From the NCBI GenBank assembly GCA_040357565.1, contig JBDODJ010000121.1: a stretch of 33,797 nt of DNA, one strand, 5' to 3'. This DNA is from Cercozoa sp. M6MM. Taxonomy: Eukaryota; Protista; Endomyxa: Ascetosporea. The translations under genes and the position numbers were made by a program. Under the pieces are notes generated by a model. The model worked only from the letters and a program-made list of their open reading frames with translations, did no database searches and was not told the origin of the DNA. Positions 10,123-22,898 of this stretch are shown one piece after another (the first letter of the stretch is position 1; each line of letters opens with the position of its first letter).

Positions 10123-12276
10123 TTACAGAGAGCGGTGCTTGCGACCAACCAGAACCGAGTTGCCTTCGTATTCGCCCTTCAGTTCGTGCTTTGGCGTGGC
10201 AGCGTCGCGCGAGTGACGAAAGCGCGCGAGTGAAGCTTCAATGTCGCTCACAGTCGTTGAAGCATCGTCGTTAAGGTCGAGTGCTAGCTCTACCGCAACG
10301 TCGTCATTCAGTTTGTTGCTTTCTGTGGACGATAAACACTTCTGCGTAAACTTATCCTTGGAAAGAACAGTTTCAACACATACCTAAATTTAGCGTTGTG
10401 TTGTGGTAGTGCTTTGGAGAGCAAATGCGTTCTTCTTTCATGCCTGTGAGGGCTTCCATATCGCCTCGCGTGGCTGCATGGATCGACGAGTCATCCAGTT
10501 CGGAACGCAGAGCCGAGAGCGTCTTTTGTAAGTTTCTTCGCGTGTCTGAATTGAAACAAGGGGTGGACTGAACAAAAGCACAAAGCGGTCGGCTGAGCTT
10601 CGTACCATTTGCGACAAAACTCGAGTTGCGAGGAAGTGGCTCCGGTGCCATAACTGCTCAGAAACAGCTTCAGTGTTGGTTTAAATTGATTCAAGAATGG
10701 GAGAAAGCAAGTCACCCAATGTGGCTGTGTTGAGTGAAGGCAATGTCATCAAATCAATGTCTTCGATTGAACGTTGCAGTTTCGTCTTCATTCTGCTCAC
10801 CAATGTCCCGGAACTTAATTACCATGTTGTAAAAAGTAAAATACTCGGAAGGATCGGCCTTCTTGAGGAGAGCTCGGATAGCGGCACGACGTTCGTGCGA
10901 CATGGTAACTGCCACGCGTCCTCCACGACACCGCGCTGCACTGCTCGAAGCAGTTGCAACGACAGCACGCAAGTGACGTCGCAGACCTTCGCAGTGCTCG
11001 AACAGAGCGGCACTAGCGTAGTCGAATTCGCGCAACTTGAGATGCGACCGGTGCAATCGCAGGCGCAGTTGCACCAAGCGTTTCTGACTTGCACTGCCGC
11101 TTGCACTCATGTGTCCACTTCCGCTGCCTCGCACGAGGAACACCTTGGCCTGCTCATCGACGTCCTTGACGCGTTGACGCCTGCACTTTCAGACTTCTTG
11201 TTTGTGTTAAAGATACAGAGAAACAAAAGGCAATACAGCGTGTCGTATTTCTTGCCCAAGCGACGAAGTTGAGCGATCAGAGCAGCACGAGAGCGCGAGA
11301 CTGCTTCGAGTCGGTGACGAGTCTTGGCTGCCAGACGCTTCATTGCGCGCAGTTGCAGTGCTTGCTCCTTCAGCTTCGCATCGTGCTCCATTCGTACGTG
11401 CTCGAACTTGTCTGCCTGCGACAAGAGTAGGTGCTCGGTGTCTAAAGCAGCCACCTGGCGTGCGGCCGTTTTGCGGTGACGCTCGCTCTCTTCACGTGCT
11501 GATGCTGCTTCCGCTCGAGCCAACGATGCTTCATCACGACGCTGTTCGAGTTCGGCCACAACAGAGTCGCGGGCTTTCTTCAACTGCTCGAGCTCTTTCG
11601 CGTATGAGTCGGCGCGAAGTGTCTCACTCTCAGCTCGTCGCTCAGCGGAGAACTGTGCCTCTCGCGAAGCGATCAGTTGCGACTTGAGCTCGTCTGCATC
11701 ACTAGCTAGAACCTGATGCTGCTTGCGCATCGCTTCGACTGCAGACACGTTGTTTCGCGCGCGTTCAGCTTCAAGTTCGCTCTGTAAACGATTGATTTCG
11801 CCTTGTTTGCGCGACAGTTCGTTCTTTGTCTCGGCGAGTTGCGAACGCAGGGCAGCGACTTCCTTTTCGTGCCAGACAACTTTGTCCTCCATTGACGCCA
11901 CACGAGAGGAAGCACTCAGTTCGGCAGTTTTGAGAGAGTCTCGTTCCTGCTTCATGGTCGAAAGCTCACGCTGCAGTTTGTTGAGTCGCTGCTTGACAAT
12001 GTCGGCATCGTGTTGTCCTTGCTGAGCGCGGTACAGTTCGTTGGCAGCACTTTGAATTTGCACATGCTGCTCTTGCAGTTGCTGCTGCTGGCGTTGGATC
12101 TGCTGCGAAAAAGACAGCTTCTCTTGCTCCCACTCTTCCTGCATTCGCTCGAGATCTTCTTTCTCGTCGTTCGCCGCGTCCAGTTGTCGCTGCAGTGCTT
12201 CTGCTTGGCGCTTGAACTTCTTGAGTTCGCGAGCTTGTTTTGGTGAGGCAACTGGGGATGCGTGACTCGCGTGCAT
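10123..12276 (-). CDS. Long coiled-coil protein (hypothetical)
   Basis: E/Q/R/K/L heptad-rich ORF 11107-12390 plus downstream spliced exons ending ...VLVGRKHRSL* at 10123; start Met assumed at 12276. Confidence 0.7.
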
Positions 12277-12813
12277 TGATGCCGGCGACTGCACCGACAA
12301 AGCCGGGGACGCTAAAACAAAAGCTCTACCTCGATCTATTGGAATCAACGAAGCAAATGCGACAAATACCTGATGCTGAACGTGCCTCAAAACTGAACCC
12401 CGACTGCATTTAAAACGACACTCGCGTCAAAGAATGTAGATGGCCTATTATTCTCCTAAAGCCGTAATTCTGACGACCGTATACTCACCAGCCCGAAAAC
12501 TGTGTGGTCTTTTTCTAGTTTGTATTTGTTGGGAAGGGAGAAACGCTGCTAGTGCTTTTGTAGATCGAGAAACGCTGCATGGTAAAAAATCACCCAGCAG
12601 ACCCAGGGCGTTTCGCAATAGCAAGATAGGATGCTGCAGCTTTCGTGAGTTTAGTCTCGGTTTTCAGATGAGACTTGCTACGGCATTTGTAGAACCATTT
12701 GGACTACCGACGTGCATTTTCGGATTTAAGATTAGACTCAGTTTGGTTTCTCTCTGCAATTGAATTTACGCGGTTCGAATCGTCCTATCGAGCTTGTTCT
12801 TAAGCGAGCATGC

Positions 12814-15663
12814 ATGGCGTTGGTGTTCTGCAATATTGATAGAGTTGTGAGTTTTCTCTGGGTAAGCGGCAGATGTTGCTTGATCCAGGTCTCATTTTGT
12901 GGCTTGTGTCGAATCAATGCGCAGATCGAAGAACGTAAGATTCTCGACGATGTGAGCGGATTCGTTGAGGCAGGCGAGCTGGTCGGCATCATTGGACGTA
13001 CGGTTTTATATTCAGTTCAACTTACTCGGAAATGATCAAAACTGAATGTAAATCTACGCGCAATTTAGATACGGGCGCTGGAAAGACATCGTTACTAAAG
13101 GTGCTCGCAGGTCGAGATATGGCCGAAAGTGGCTGTGTTAAGCTAAACTCTCGACCCCTGGACAGTACCGTTTCCTTTCTTTTGGTTCAAGTAATCCTCG
13201 GCAAACAACCTTTTAACAGACAAGCTCATCGCCAGTGAGATCGGATATGTTCGCCAACACGATTTGCTGTTTCCTACACTGACTGTGAAGGAGACACTCG
13301 ACGTTGCAGCGCAACTCCGACTGCATTTCACTTCAAAGGACGAGAAAAAACGCGTTTTGAAAGACGTACTGTCGCGACCGCGGTTGAACAAAGGTGCGTC
13401 TACAAGCTGTCTGTGCTGCACAGTGTGATACTACAATACCGTCGCTGATTTAGCACAAGACACAATGGTTGAAGTCGCTTCTGGTGGCGAGCAAAAGCGT
13501 GTCGCAATTGGACAAGTGCTGGTGTACGCGCCTTCCGTATTGCTCGCCGACGAGCCTACGACGGGACTCGACGCTGCCATGGCGTTTGAAGTCGTTTCTA
13601 TCTTGCGACAACTCTCCAACGTAGAGTAGAGATTTAATTTCTTGCTATTTTCTTTTATTACAGTGCTGTAAGTTTATAGCGCTTGTGAACAGGAGGGACG
13701 AGCTGTCGTTTGCACCATTCACCAACCTCGGTCGAATATATTTTCGCTCTTTGATCGAGGTAAACTTACAACACAGTTTTTTCATTCACGGTATGTGCAC
13801 ATATTGTTGGCGCAGTCTTACTTCTACACCAAGGACGAGTCGTGTACTGGGGCACACCTGTTGAAGTGTGCGAACATTTTGCTCCACTTGGCTACGAGTG
13901 TCCAAGGTAAAGACATTTGTCTAGATGTCGATTGATAAATTTACATTGTCCTCTTCAGTCACACAAATCCAGGAGATTTCATGGTCGACGTACTGTTGTC
14001 TGACTCTTCTGTGATGACCCAGTACGCCAGTACCTCTGTCGCCGACAGAACGGACGTTGAACGCGTAGAAAGTTCTTCAGTCGGCAGCAAGCACTCTGTT
14101 GGCGAAACGCTGGTCAGTGCCTTTCCTGACACGTCCGCGGGTACGTCACCTTGGTCGGCTTTTGTTTGACTAAAGAACTGTTTCTCTACTTTGAAGGCTT
14201 GGTGTTCTACCAACGACTGGAAGAACTGAAACACGCTGAACCCGCCACTGCACAGTTCGAAAGCAGGGCTGATGGTAGTCGCAAGAACGCGTCCTTTTTC
14301 AAGGTTTTCCGCGTTCTCTTCAATCGAGCGAGGAAGAACATGCTTCGAAACCGTGCCAACATCGGTGCTGTGATTGGCGGCACGTTGTTCCTGTCGCTGC
14401 TTTTTGTACAGTCGGCTTTCATAATATTCGACTCGTGTCTCAGCTCGAACTGGAGTGTTTGGCCCAGGGACTGTACTTTTCGCGGCTGCCTGATACAGAA
14501 TTCAATGGAGCACAGAACAGGTACTGTACTTTTTGGATCTAAACACAAGCTAAATGCAAGTACGTGCCAATGTCGTTGTCCAAACAGAGCGGCGTTTCTT
14601 TTTTTCATTCTCGTGAACGCAGTTTTTAGCGTAGACTGAACTTCAGTTCAGTTGTAACATACGCTTGTGAATTAAATCCTCGATGCAGCAACAAGTGGCA
14701 CTGCGCGTGTTTCTGACGCAGCGTGTTGTTATTGAGGAAGAAAGACGAAAGAACTTTTACGCCACGCCTCCCTTTTGTGCAACTCCACTGTTTCCCTCCT
14801 ATCTTTCAGTAAACATAAGTTTACATGTTTGCTGGGCAGATTTGGCTCGTGTCTGTGTGGAAACGCCGTTTAAAGTGTTCGTTTTCGTGTTGGAAGCACT
14901 CATCGTGTAAAATACTCCGCAGTTTCGTAGGGATTGCAACTAAACTAATGCTTGAATGCTTAGGTACTTCTGGGTCGGTCTCCGTGCGGAACTCATGCGT
15001 TTCGCTCGGCACACGCTTGCACTTGTATTGACAAGTCAAGCCGGAGTGGCACTGATGATTGTAAGGGCATACCTTTTAGCTTTGAGTTTCCAGGTAGAAG
15101 TGCTTGCATGACCAGGCTATCGGTGCAGCAGTGCCAAGTGAAGATGTCGGATTCATCGTGGCGCCACTGCTGACCATTGTACTTGTGCTGGCGAGTGGCT
15201 TCATCATCGTGGGCGATTTAAACGCACTCGTGACGTGGGTGCCATGGATCTCGCCTTTGCGCTACGGCTGGGACATGATGATGCGCACCGAACTGGCCGG
15301 TCTCTCCTTCACGTGCGACACGGAAGCATGCCGAAATGGAAACGACGTTCTTGAGGACTTTGGCGTTGACGGAAATGATTTCAGGTACTCACAAGTTGAT
15401 GCGTGCACTCAGGTCTCTGGCTCATTCATTTTACAGGGACATAACAGTTCTCTTGGTTCTCGTCTTCTCATTGCATATCATTGGTCAGTTGATTCTCTGG
15501 CCAAATAAGTTCGTTCGGATGTTGGATGGTGCTGTTCTTAGGCATGTGTGTGCTCACGTGGCGGCAACGACCACTGCGCATTTCTTACGCCTCTCGACTC
15601 AAGTCGCAGGTCGTTCCGCGAGCTAACTCTGAGTCGGAGGTGGTCGCTGTGGAGCGGGTTTGA
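12814..15663 (+). CDS. ABC transporter, subfamily G (White-type half transporter, NBD-TMD)
   Basis: Walker A GHTGAGKTS, Q-loop GYVRQHD, signature [12 protein letters not shown], Walker [13 protein letters not shown]-loop [15 protein letters not shown], then a TMD with WISPLRYG; all introns GT-AG. Confidence 0.93.
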
Positions 15664-15889
15664 CGGGCTTTGTCGACGTTCCAACAATAGTTTTCAGGTT
15701 AAAACATAGATTCAACAATAAAGTGAGCCTAGGCACACCAGATCCCCGGAAATGTCAAGCGAATATCTGTGTAATTTAGTGGAGCGGAGCATGCGTGTCC
15801 GCGTGCAGTTCGCTCAATATCGTAAGACTAATCAACTATGCGCCGGGCTACGAAAACTCACGCTAGAGCTCCAGGATGAGAGTGAGTGG

Positions 15890-16448
15890 TCAGTCGAGTT
15901 TCTGGTGCCCGGTGGCAGGTTGTGCAGCGAAAGGAGCTGTCGCAGCGCGGATGTGCTGTCCGTTTGGATCTCGCAGCAGCAGACACGCCATCAGCATCAC
16001 TGTCAGCTGAGTAGCCACGCCTGCCGCCAGTGCTCTACAGGGGGGAGGGGGTAAGACTAAGGAGGCAGGGGGAGGTATATAGTACACAACAAGCGGCGAA
16101 GCGCCCAGCAAGAAGGCAGCGGCGGCAACAAGAAGAGCAACGAGAGGCACAGTCAACACGAGTCGCAACAACGTGCTACGAACACTCGCATTGGCCGGCA
16201 GGTCCAATGCTCGCATGAACGACGTCTCTGACACAGTCCAGTTTGACGCGTCCACTTCCAACAACTCTGGTAGCTCTCTCGGGTGCTTTGCCTTGTACTA
16301 ATCATAAAGTCGGGATAAAGAAGGAGGGCGCAGGGGGTAAGCACCAACACACCTCGCCCGTCGTGCCAGCGAACTTGAGGAACGACACCACAATCGCAAG
16401 CACTTCGTCGCGACTCAATACTCTCGCTTTCGCGTCCAGCGCGCGCAT
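15890..16448 (-). CDS. Small hypothetical membrane protein
   Basis: MRALDAKARVLSRDEVLAIVVSFLKFAGTTGE / YKAKHPRELPELLEVDASNW...LLRLVLTVPLVALLVAAAAFLLG..., with hydrophobic C-terminal segments and a C-rich intron near 16035-16085. Confidence 0.55.
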
Positions 16449-16532
16449 GTCGCCGAATTTCGCTGATTTTGCCAGATTTCACACATTTTTCATTGGCTCG
16501 CAACAATTTTGCAACATTGCACAACTTTCAAA

Positions 16533-16652
16533 AAGCAAAGCAAAATTTCGAAATCAAAGCAAATTTCGAAGTCAAAGCGATACACTTCGAAACTGTGGCG
16601 AAAGTTCCCGAAACTGTAGCGAAAGTTCCCGAAACTAGCGCGAAAGTGCGAA
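16533..16652. repeat. Intergenic short tandem repeats (AAAGCAAATTTCGAA x2; 21-nt CGAAACTGT(G/A)GCGAAAGTTCC x~2.7)
   Basis: Read directly. Confidence 0.75.
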
Positions 16653-18433
16653 GCCATCAGTGAAACCAGAGCAAAAGCAAAAGACACCATGAGGCGGAGC
16701 GAGCAGGAGCAAAGCTTCGTGCGAATCGCGCTGCGGAAGCACTCGCCACTCGATGCAGCTGTCGCTTTGTTTCGACGAGTCGTCGCGATTCTCGTCGTTG
16801 TGCTGCGAGACAGGTTTTTCGCCCTGCATGAGCGCGAAAAAAGAGTCGTCACGCTTCTGAAGCTCTTGGATTCGATTGCGTCGCGCACGATTCAGCACGC
16901 GGCACAGCGGCGTCAGATCGAGTCGCGGCAAATGTTTTCGATCGTAGTCGTCGATTTCGCCTTGTTTTCGCCAGAAGTCGGCGGAACTGGAAACTTTCGA
17001 AATCAAAGCGCACGCCACTCGAAATCCGCGCTTCAAGCGCACGAACACGAGATCGTTGTTTCGACTCGGTCCGAGCAGCGCGCGCTTGTCAGGCACTTCC
17101 TCGCCAGTCTCGCGCTGACACACCTCTGCGTCGTGCTCCACACTCAGCAGTGACAGCTCCGGGAAACGCTGCAGCACACGTGTGTACAGTAGCTGGCGCC
17201 GGACCGTCACGACACCGTCCACCGATCCATCATCAACCGGCCGCACTTCACCAAACGCCTCGTTATACCGCTCCATCAACTAGAAACAGTCACAGAACTC
17301 ATCTGCGCATGTCAAATGCTCTAAATTTCGAGCTGCGATTTTGGTTTTTCTTTTGCCCTCTTGGACTGTCAATCTGGACAGTCTTTTGGCTTCCAATATT
17401 TTCGAACATCGAGGTTTAATAGTAAAAAGGTTGACATAAGCAGACATAACTAAAGTAGACGGACGAGTGTTACTGAGGCAGGCGCGGTTCAGGCGTTGCA
17501 GCAGGTGGTGCAGTTCTCGTGACTGTGGTCGCGCAAGGAAGTGTACAGCGCGTGCGCAAAGTGGTGGCTGCATCGCATATCTCAGATTAACACACGGCGC
17601 AGTGGGCACTAAGCGCTCTCTACCAGTTCCATCGCAGTTTGTCGTAGTCCGCAGGAACACTTTGGAGCAATTTGTGCAAGCATTTCAACGAAGGCCCTGC
17701 ATGCTCGAGGATCAGTATTTTAATACATTCTGTTGGCACAGGGTACGTTGCTTTTGCGATTCAAAAGTCTTTTCGGTGACAAACTCGTCGAATTCGATGG
17801 TTTCGCCTCTGTCTGGGCCCCAGACTCTCTCCTAAACCCAAGAAAGCTCGCAACTCGAGCTAGAGTGTGAAGATTCAATCTTACAAGTGCATGAGCGCTT
17901 TCGCGTGAAACCGCCGTGACCTTCGCGAAATAACATAACATTGCATTATTTAAAACCAAAACTCAGAGAGAGAGAGAGTCCGAATACCTGAACGCCAACG
18001 TCCTGCTGGTCGGTAAATTCGATGCGAAAAGCGAGCGATTTCGTTCGCACGAAAACCGCCGAGTGTTGCGGCGCCGGGAATCGCTATTAAGCAGGTTTTA
18101 CATTAAGGAGAAACTGAAAGCACGCCATCTAAAGTACCCAAGACTTGCTGAGATGCGTGCTGCCGAGTGTGGCCACAGCTGCGACCAGCCGCGCGATTCC
18201 TGCAGAAAACGCCCAGCACAATAAAACGTTGTAAAGCCGGCGTATAAACCAGACAACACACCAACAGTGAATAGAACAGCCGCAGGGTAGTCCAAAATGC
18301 GCTTTTTGGCTTCAACGACCTCGATCGGGTCACTGCTGTCAGTCAACGCGTCAATCAGACAAAGCGCCGCTTTTGAACCATTGGCGCAAAACGGGGCGTT
18401 CTGGAGATCCTCCCGCGTTAATCTGGCACTCAT
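16635..18433 (-). CDS. Hypothetical protein(s), multi-exon; may be one or two genes
   Basis: Protein-like minus-strand segments MSARLTREDLQNAPF..., AFVEMLAQIAPK..., PPLCARAVHFLARP..., LMERYNEAFGEV... (214-aa ORF); joins only partly resolved. Confidence 0.45.
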
Positions 18434-18734
18434 TTGAGGGTTCTCTAGGCGCTTAAGGGCAGTCGCTCGCTCGCGCGTCCACAACAGCGAGAGAAAATCG
18501 CGCGCGATTTTGACGGTGAAAGAGCCCATTGACCAACCGGCTGGGATTTTGACCACTCGGAGACTGGCCCGCTTTCCAAGCCGTTTGCAGGGTACAGTAC
18601 CCAAGTTGCTCCACGTCACAGTCTCGCACGCTGGCCCATGTTAATGTTGGACTATATTTATTTTTTTGGTGTTTTTCCAGTCCTGCGCTGGGTGGGTCAC
18701 AAGCACATGGCCGTAGTCCACCGCCTGCTTAGGG

Positions 18735-21503
18735 TCAATTCGAGTCGGATTCTGCCAAAAGGTCGTCGAAGTTCTCCCGCCAGTTGGTGTCTTGATGGGC
18801 TTGTCCTTCTTTCTGCCAGAAGAGACGTACACTCAGAAACAATCGTATCGTTCGTGTCAGTAAAACAAATACCGACATCTCGTCATTTTCGTCATTCAGC
18901 TGCTCCAAGAGACCAAACAGCGAAGCTTGCAAGTCCGCTGATGCGTCTGAAGCAACGCATTACATTACCTGAGATAGGAGAATGTGGAAAAAGAAAACTG
19001 ACCTTGCGGTTCTAGGGTCATTGGAGCAGCATGTGGAATCTCCATTGCGGCCGGCTCGGGCACTTCCTTTTGAGCTGCATTATAGATAATTGAATCCTGA
19101 GATGTAACACAATGATGAAAAAGACAATAGTACGCGACAGCATGAATCGAGGATCTGGCCGGTCAGACACTCGGCGAATGAGAAACGCTTCTTCGTCGAC
19201 CATCAAATCACCATCATCGGCGTTTCTTGGCTGATCCTGTTGACTGCTACTTTCTGTGTGATCACCGTCATTGTCAACATCATCCATGACTCCCACATTC
19301 TCTGCAACCAAAGATTGCGGCTCTTTTTTGACTGAAGGTTTGGCGCTCTACAAAAATGAAGAAATCGATATTATATTTTGTGCATTTGTTTCGTACCCGC
19401 GGAACAGTTTCAGACTTGACTGATGATTTCTTTGGTGCTGGTTTTTGTTTCTTCTTGCGTGGTCGACTCTAAAGATTCCAGTACCGGATTCAATGCACAA
19501 TCCTGGGCAAAATCGTTACCTCTTCGGAAGAACTCGAACTCGAAGCGCGTGTGGTCGTTCGAGTTTTGTTTTGAGCAACTGAAGCAACAAATAGCATAAA
19601 AAGACTTCTTGAACAGCGAAAGTACGTTCAGAGCGTGCAAGAGCAAGTTCGCGTTCCAATTCGGTCACACGGCGTCGCAGACTTACGAGCTCATTGTCTT
19701 GTCTGCTTTTTCAAATTGTAGATTTAAATCGAAAAAGCACAGATGGGGCTACTTGTGTCGTTGACCCTCGACGTGCTTCAAAATCCGCAGTGCTCCTGCA
19801 CAATTCGCGTTAAATTAACGAGAAATCCAGATGCGGAAGATCAAGGTACGAGTGGTTTTTTGTGTCTGTACTGCGAAAGCTCTCTGTTGGCAGTTTTCGC
19901 ATTCCAGGAAAGACAGCTCGTGTGTTCAGCATGGCAGTACCTTGACCAGCACAGTCAAGACGCGCATGATGGCATCTGCGTCATTGGTGGCTTCCAATTC
20001 TACGCAGTGCAAACAAAGTAAACTGTGGAAACGACCTTGCAAGGAAGAGGTTACGCATGGATCGCAGCGCGAGCGACGTGTTAGTCATGCTCTTCAATCG
20101 CGCCAGTTTCGATGCTGTGCAACTCATAGCGTAACACTTTTCTTTGGAACGTTGATTGAAAGAATACTCAAAGCGTTGGGATCGCCCTCCGAAACTGGCG
20201 TGAAACGCAGGTGGTAAGTGTGTCCATCTTCTTCGTACGGATTCGTGCACCGCATTTCAACAAACAGCGCATCCTCCGTGCTGGCTGAAATGCCAAAAGA
20301 GTACAGATGTGACATAACAACGAAGAGTCAGAAATACAGCGCAGTTTGTGCAGAAAAGGATCGGCATCGCCGTGATCATCGCGCAGCAGTTCGCCTCGCT
20401 CCAGCACGAGTTGATTCTTCGACTGCTCGTCTGTGCAGACACTAGCTTTAGCTCGCACTACATTTAAGACACAGCAGTACCCATGGTGGCGAAGTTGTTT
20501 CGGATGAACGACTCGGCGAATCGACGAAAGCCGATTCGCGCGATTTGCACATTTCTTCTCTGCCCGGAAAGCGGTGAAACTATACTGACAAAAGGCTCAA
20601 AACAGTGAGAGTACGTCACGCTGATAGGCTTTGCACATGGCTCCAAATGCAAGCACACGTTTCGGATCAGACGAGTCAGCAAAGACCAGGTCACTGAAGA
20701 CAGCGAAAGTGACATCGCAGTTCACAAGGCAGCAACATGCGCGACTCACCGATAGCGTGTGACTGCGTCAGAACAGAAGACGCGGACGAACTCACCACCG
20801 GTACGTCGTGGTGGCACTTCCTGTTTTTCGCGTGTTTGATTTCGTAAGAGACAATTTAAAGCGTTGTCAAAAAATACCCTGGATCCGACCATTGTTTTTT
20901 CGGGTGAAACAAACAACGCCACGCAGAAGCGAACACTACCAAAAACAGTGTAAACAGTGGCTTTAACATTAAAGCAACAATAATGATGAAACTGACGTTG
21001 CATCCATGGAATGAATACTGCTTTGAATCTCAGGCACAGTGGTTTTTGTTGACTACATTATAAGCAGTAGAGATGCCAACCAAAGGCACAGTCAAAAGTA
21101 CAGTTGACGAAGAGACGGCAGGCCGACCCTCCAGCAGCGGAAACATCACGCAGCGAATGCGCGCGTTGAAGCACTGCTTGAACTGCTGCGGCTCCTGTTC
21201 CAGCGCTTTCTGATGCAAAAACAAAAGAAATCCAAGCGATTTCTTCAAGATAAAAATGCGAAAATACAGACAGCGTGTAGTTGTCCAACGAAGCCGAATT
21301 TGTGGCATCTTTCTGTCACGCACACTTCGAGTTGTCAGTTGAGTCCAGCAAAGCGTAGTTGGATACCTGAACATCAGCCAACGGCTGCGCACTGACTTCT
21401 TTCACGATTTTGCCGCGCAGCTCGAACTGGAACAATAAAACATCAGAATAAAACACATAACTCGAGCGATCGCTATTACATTGAGGCAACAAGCTGGCGC
21501 CAT
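18735..21503 (-). CDS. Hypothetical protein, possibly XRCC4/XLF superfamily (head, coiled coil, NLS, acidic tail)
   Basis: About 17 exons splice in frame from MAPACCLN to ...WRENFDDLLAESDSN*. Segments ALFVSPEKT, FVRVFCSDA and SLALRSMQLEATNDADAIMRVL resemble the XRCC4 head and stalk; coiled coil ELVSLRRRVTELERELALARSE; NLS-like RPRKKKQK. Confidence 0.5.
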
Positions 21504-21682
21504 TTTCACCGAAAGATCCGACCCTAAGCAATGATCTCTGCACAGTGCCACACACGCCAACAGTGGCCGTCAAGAGTGACGCTGCGAATTGAGCCGATAG
21601 GTGCACCGGCTCAAATCTGGGCAAGTCGCCGAACGCTAATCGAAAGCGATTCTAGTGTTTTCACACGCTGAGTCGACACATA

Positions 21683-22662
21683 ATGTCTGCTTCCCGCGTT
21701 GTCGTGCTGCCGTTCGAGGTGTGTTGTTTTTTCTTTTGGTTGATGCTGTCTGCAACATTTTCAGACTTGCACACGGCATGTGTGAGATGCACACCAGGTG
21801 TGCTGTGACATGTGGTTTGTTTCCGACCGCGCGTGATGTTGCTTTGATCGCTTTTGGAAAAGAAGCACTTTTTTGCTGGGTTGATTGTTTCTTATTTTTT
21901 GTATTTGTCAGGCCTGGCGTCCGCGCTGGGCCAACGAGGCACCGAAGATTACCAAGTTCGCCTTCTACTTCGCCTTTGGTATGCTGTTCTACGAGCGTAC
22001 CCGTCGCGAGATGTACTCGGCCGAGACGATGCGCACGTGAGTGGAAGCTTTGATTCGAGTTTCGAAATAAATGAAAGAATGAAATCTTCACGTGAGATTG
22101 TGCTGCAGCATCCGCGAGACGTTCAACTCTGAGGAGTGGAAGAACCGCTGGACGATGTGGGACGGCCTGGGTACAGCAAAGCTGTTGCATGTGTTTGAGT
22201 TGATTCGAGTCGAGTCTTGCTTTGCTTTGCTTCGAGTCACGTGCTTTTGCTTTGTGTGCAGGCCGCAAGGTGCACGGCATTCTGTCGCCGAAGGAGGGAG
22301 AGAACCTCCAGGAGATCAACTGGGAGGAGCGTCGTCAGGAGGCCAACGAGGTCGTGCGCGCCTACCTGGACAGCCGTAGCAAAGCTTTCTCATTCTGCAA
22401 AATCTTTTCTACTCGCAAAGGTTTCGCTCGTCCCACCTGTATCATCGTTTGCTTTTGCAGCCGAGCGCTGGAACGAGTACCGCTACTGGTGCGAAGTCGT
22501 TGCTGTAAGCTTTGCTTTCTCTCAAATCAAACTCAAATCAACTGACACATAACCACATTGCAGCCGACGACCTTCCCGATCCCGGGCCTCTCACTCTTCT
22601 TCACCGTCGACGCCAAGGCGCAGAAGTGGCTCCGCATGCACGGCTGGTGGTACACCTCGTAA
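21683..22662 (+). CDS. Small Trp/Tyr-rich protein with one predicted TM segment, strongly C/G-ending codons
   Basis: Six exons splice in frame: MSASRVVVLPFE/AWRPRWANEAPKITKFAFYFAFGMLFYERTRREMYSAETMRT/IRETFNSEEWKNRWTMWDGL/GRKVHG...YLDS/PERWNEYRYWCEVVA/PTTFPIPG...GWWYTS*. Confidence 0.75.
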
Positions 22663-22898
22663 ACCGTCCTCGCGACGCTCGACTGTCCACATACTCGTCT
22701 TTTCGCCGACTTTCGTTCATTTACTTTTTCGTTTCCTGCACGCTCGTTTGTTCAGTGTTCTAGCGTGCACATCACAAACCCCAGCCGAGCTATTTGCTTG
22801 TATCGTCTGATCAGCCAAGATCGGGTCAACTGAACGACTCGTTTGAAGAAACGTTAGGAAAAACAAACGAGTCACAGGTCCGAATCGCGAGCCAAGCT

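Noticed and set aside
16689-17153. 154-aa plus-strand ORF
   Set aside because: Probably an antisense shadow of the more protein-like minus-strand ORF 16635-17279.
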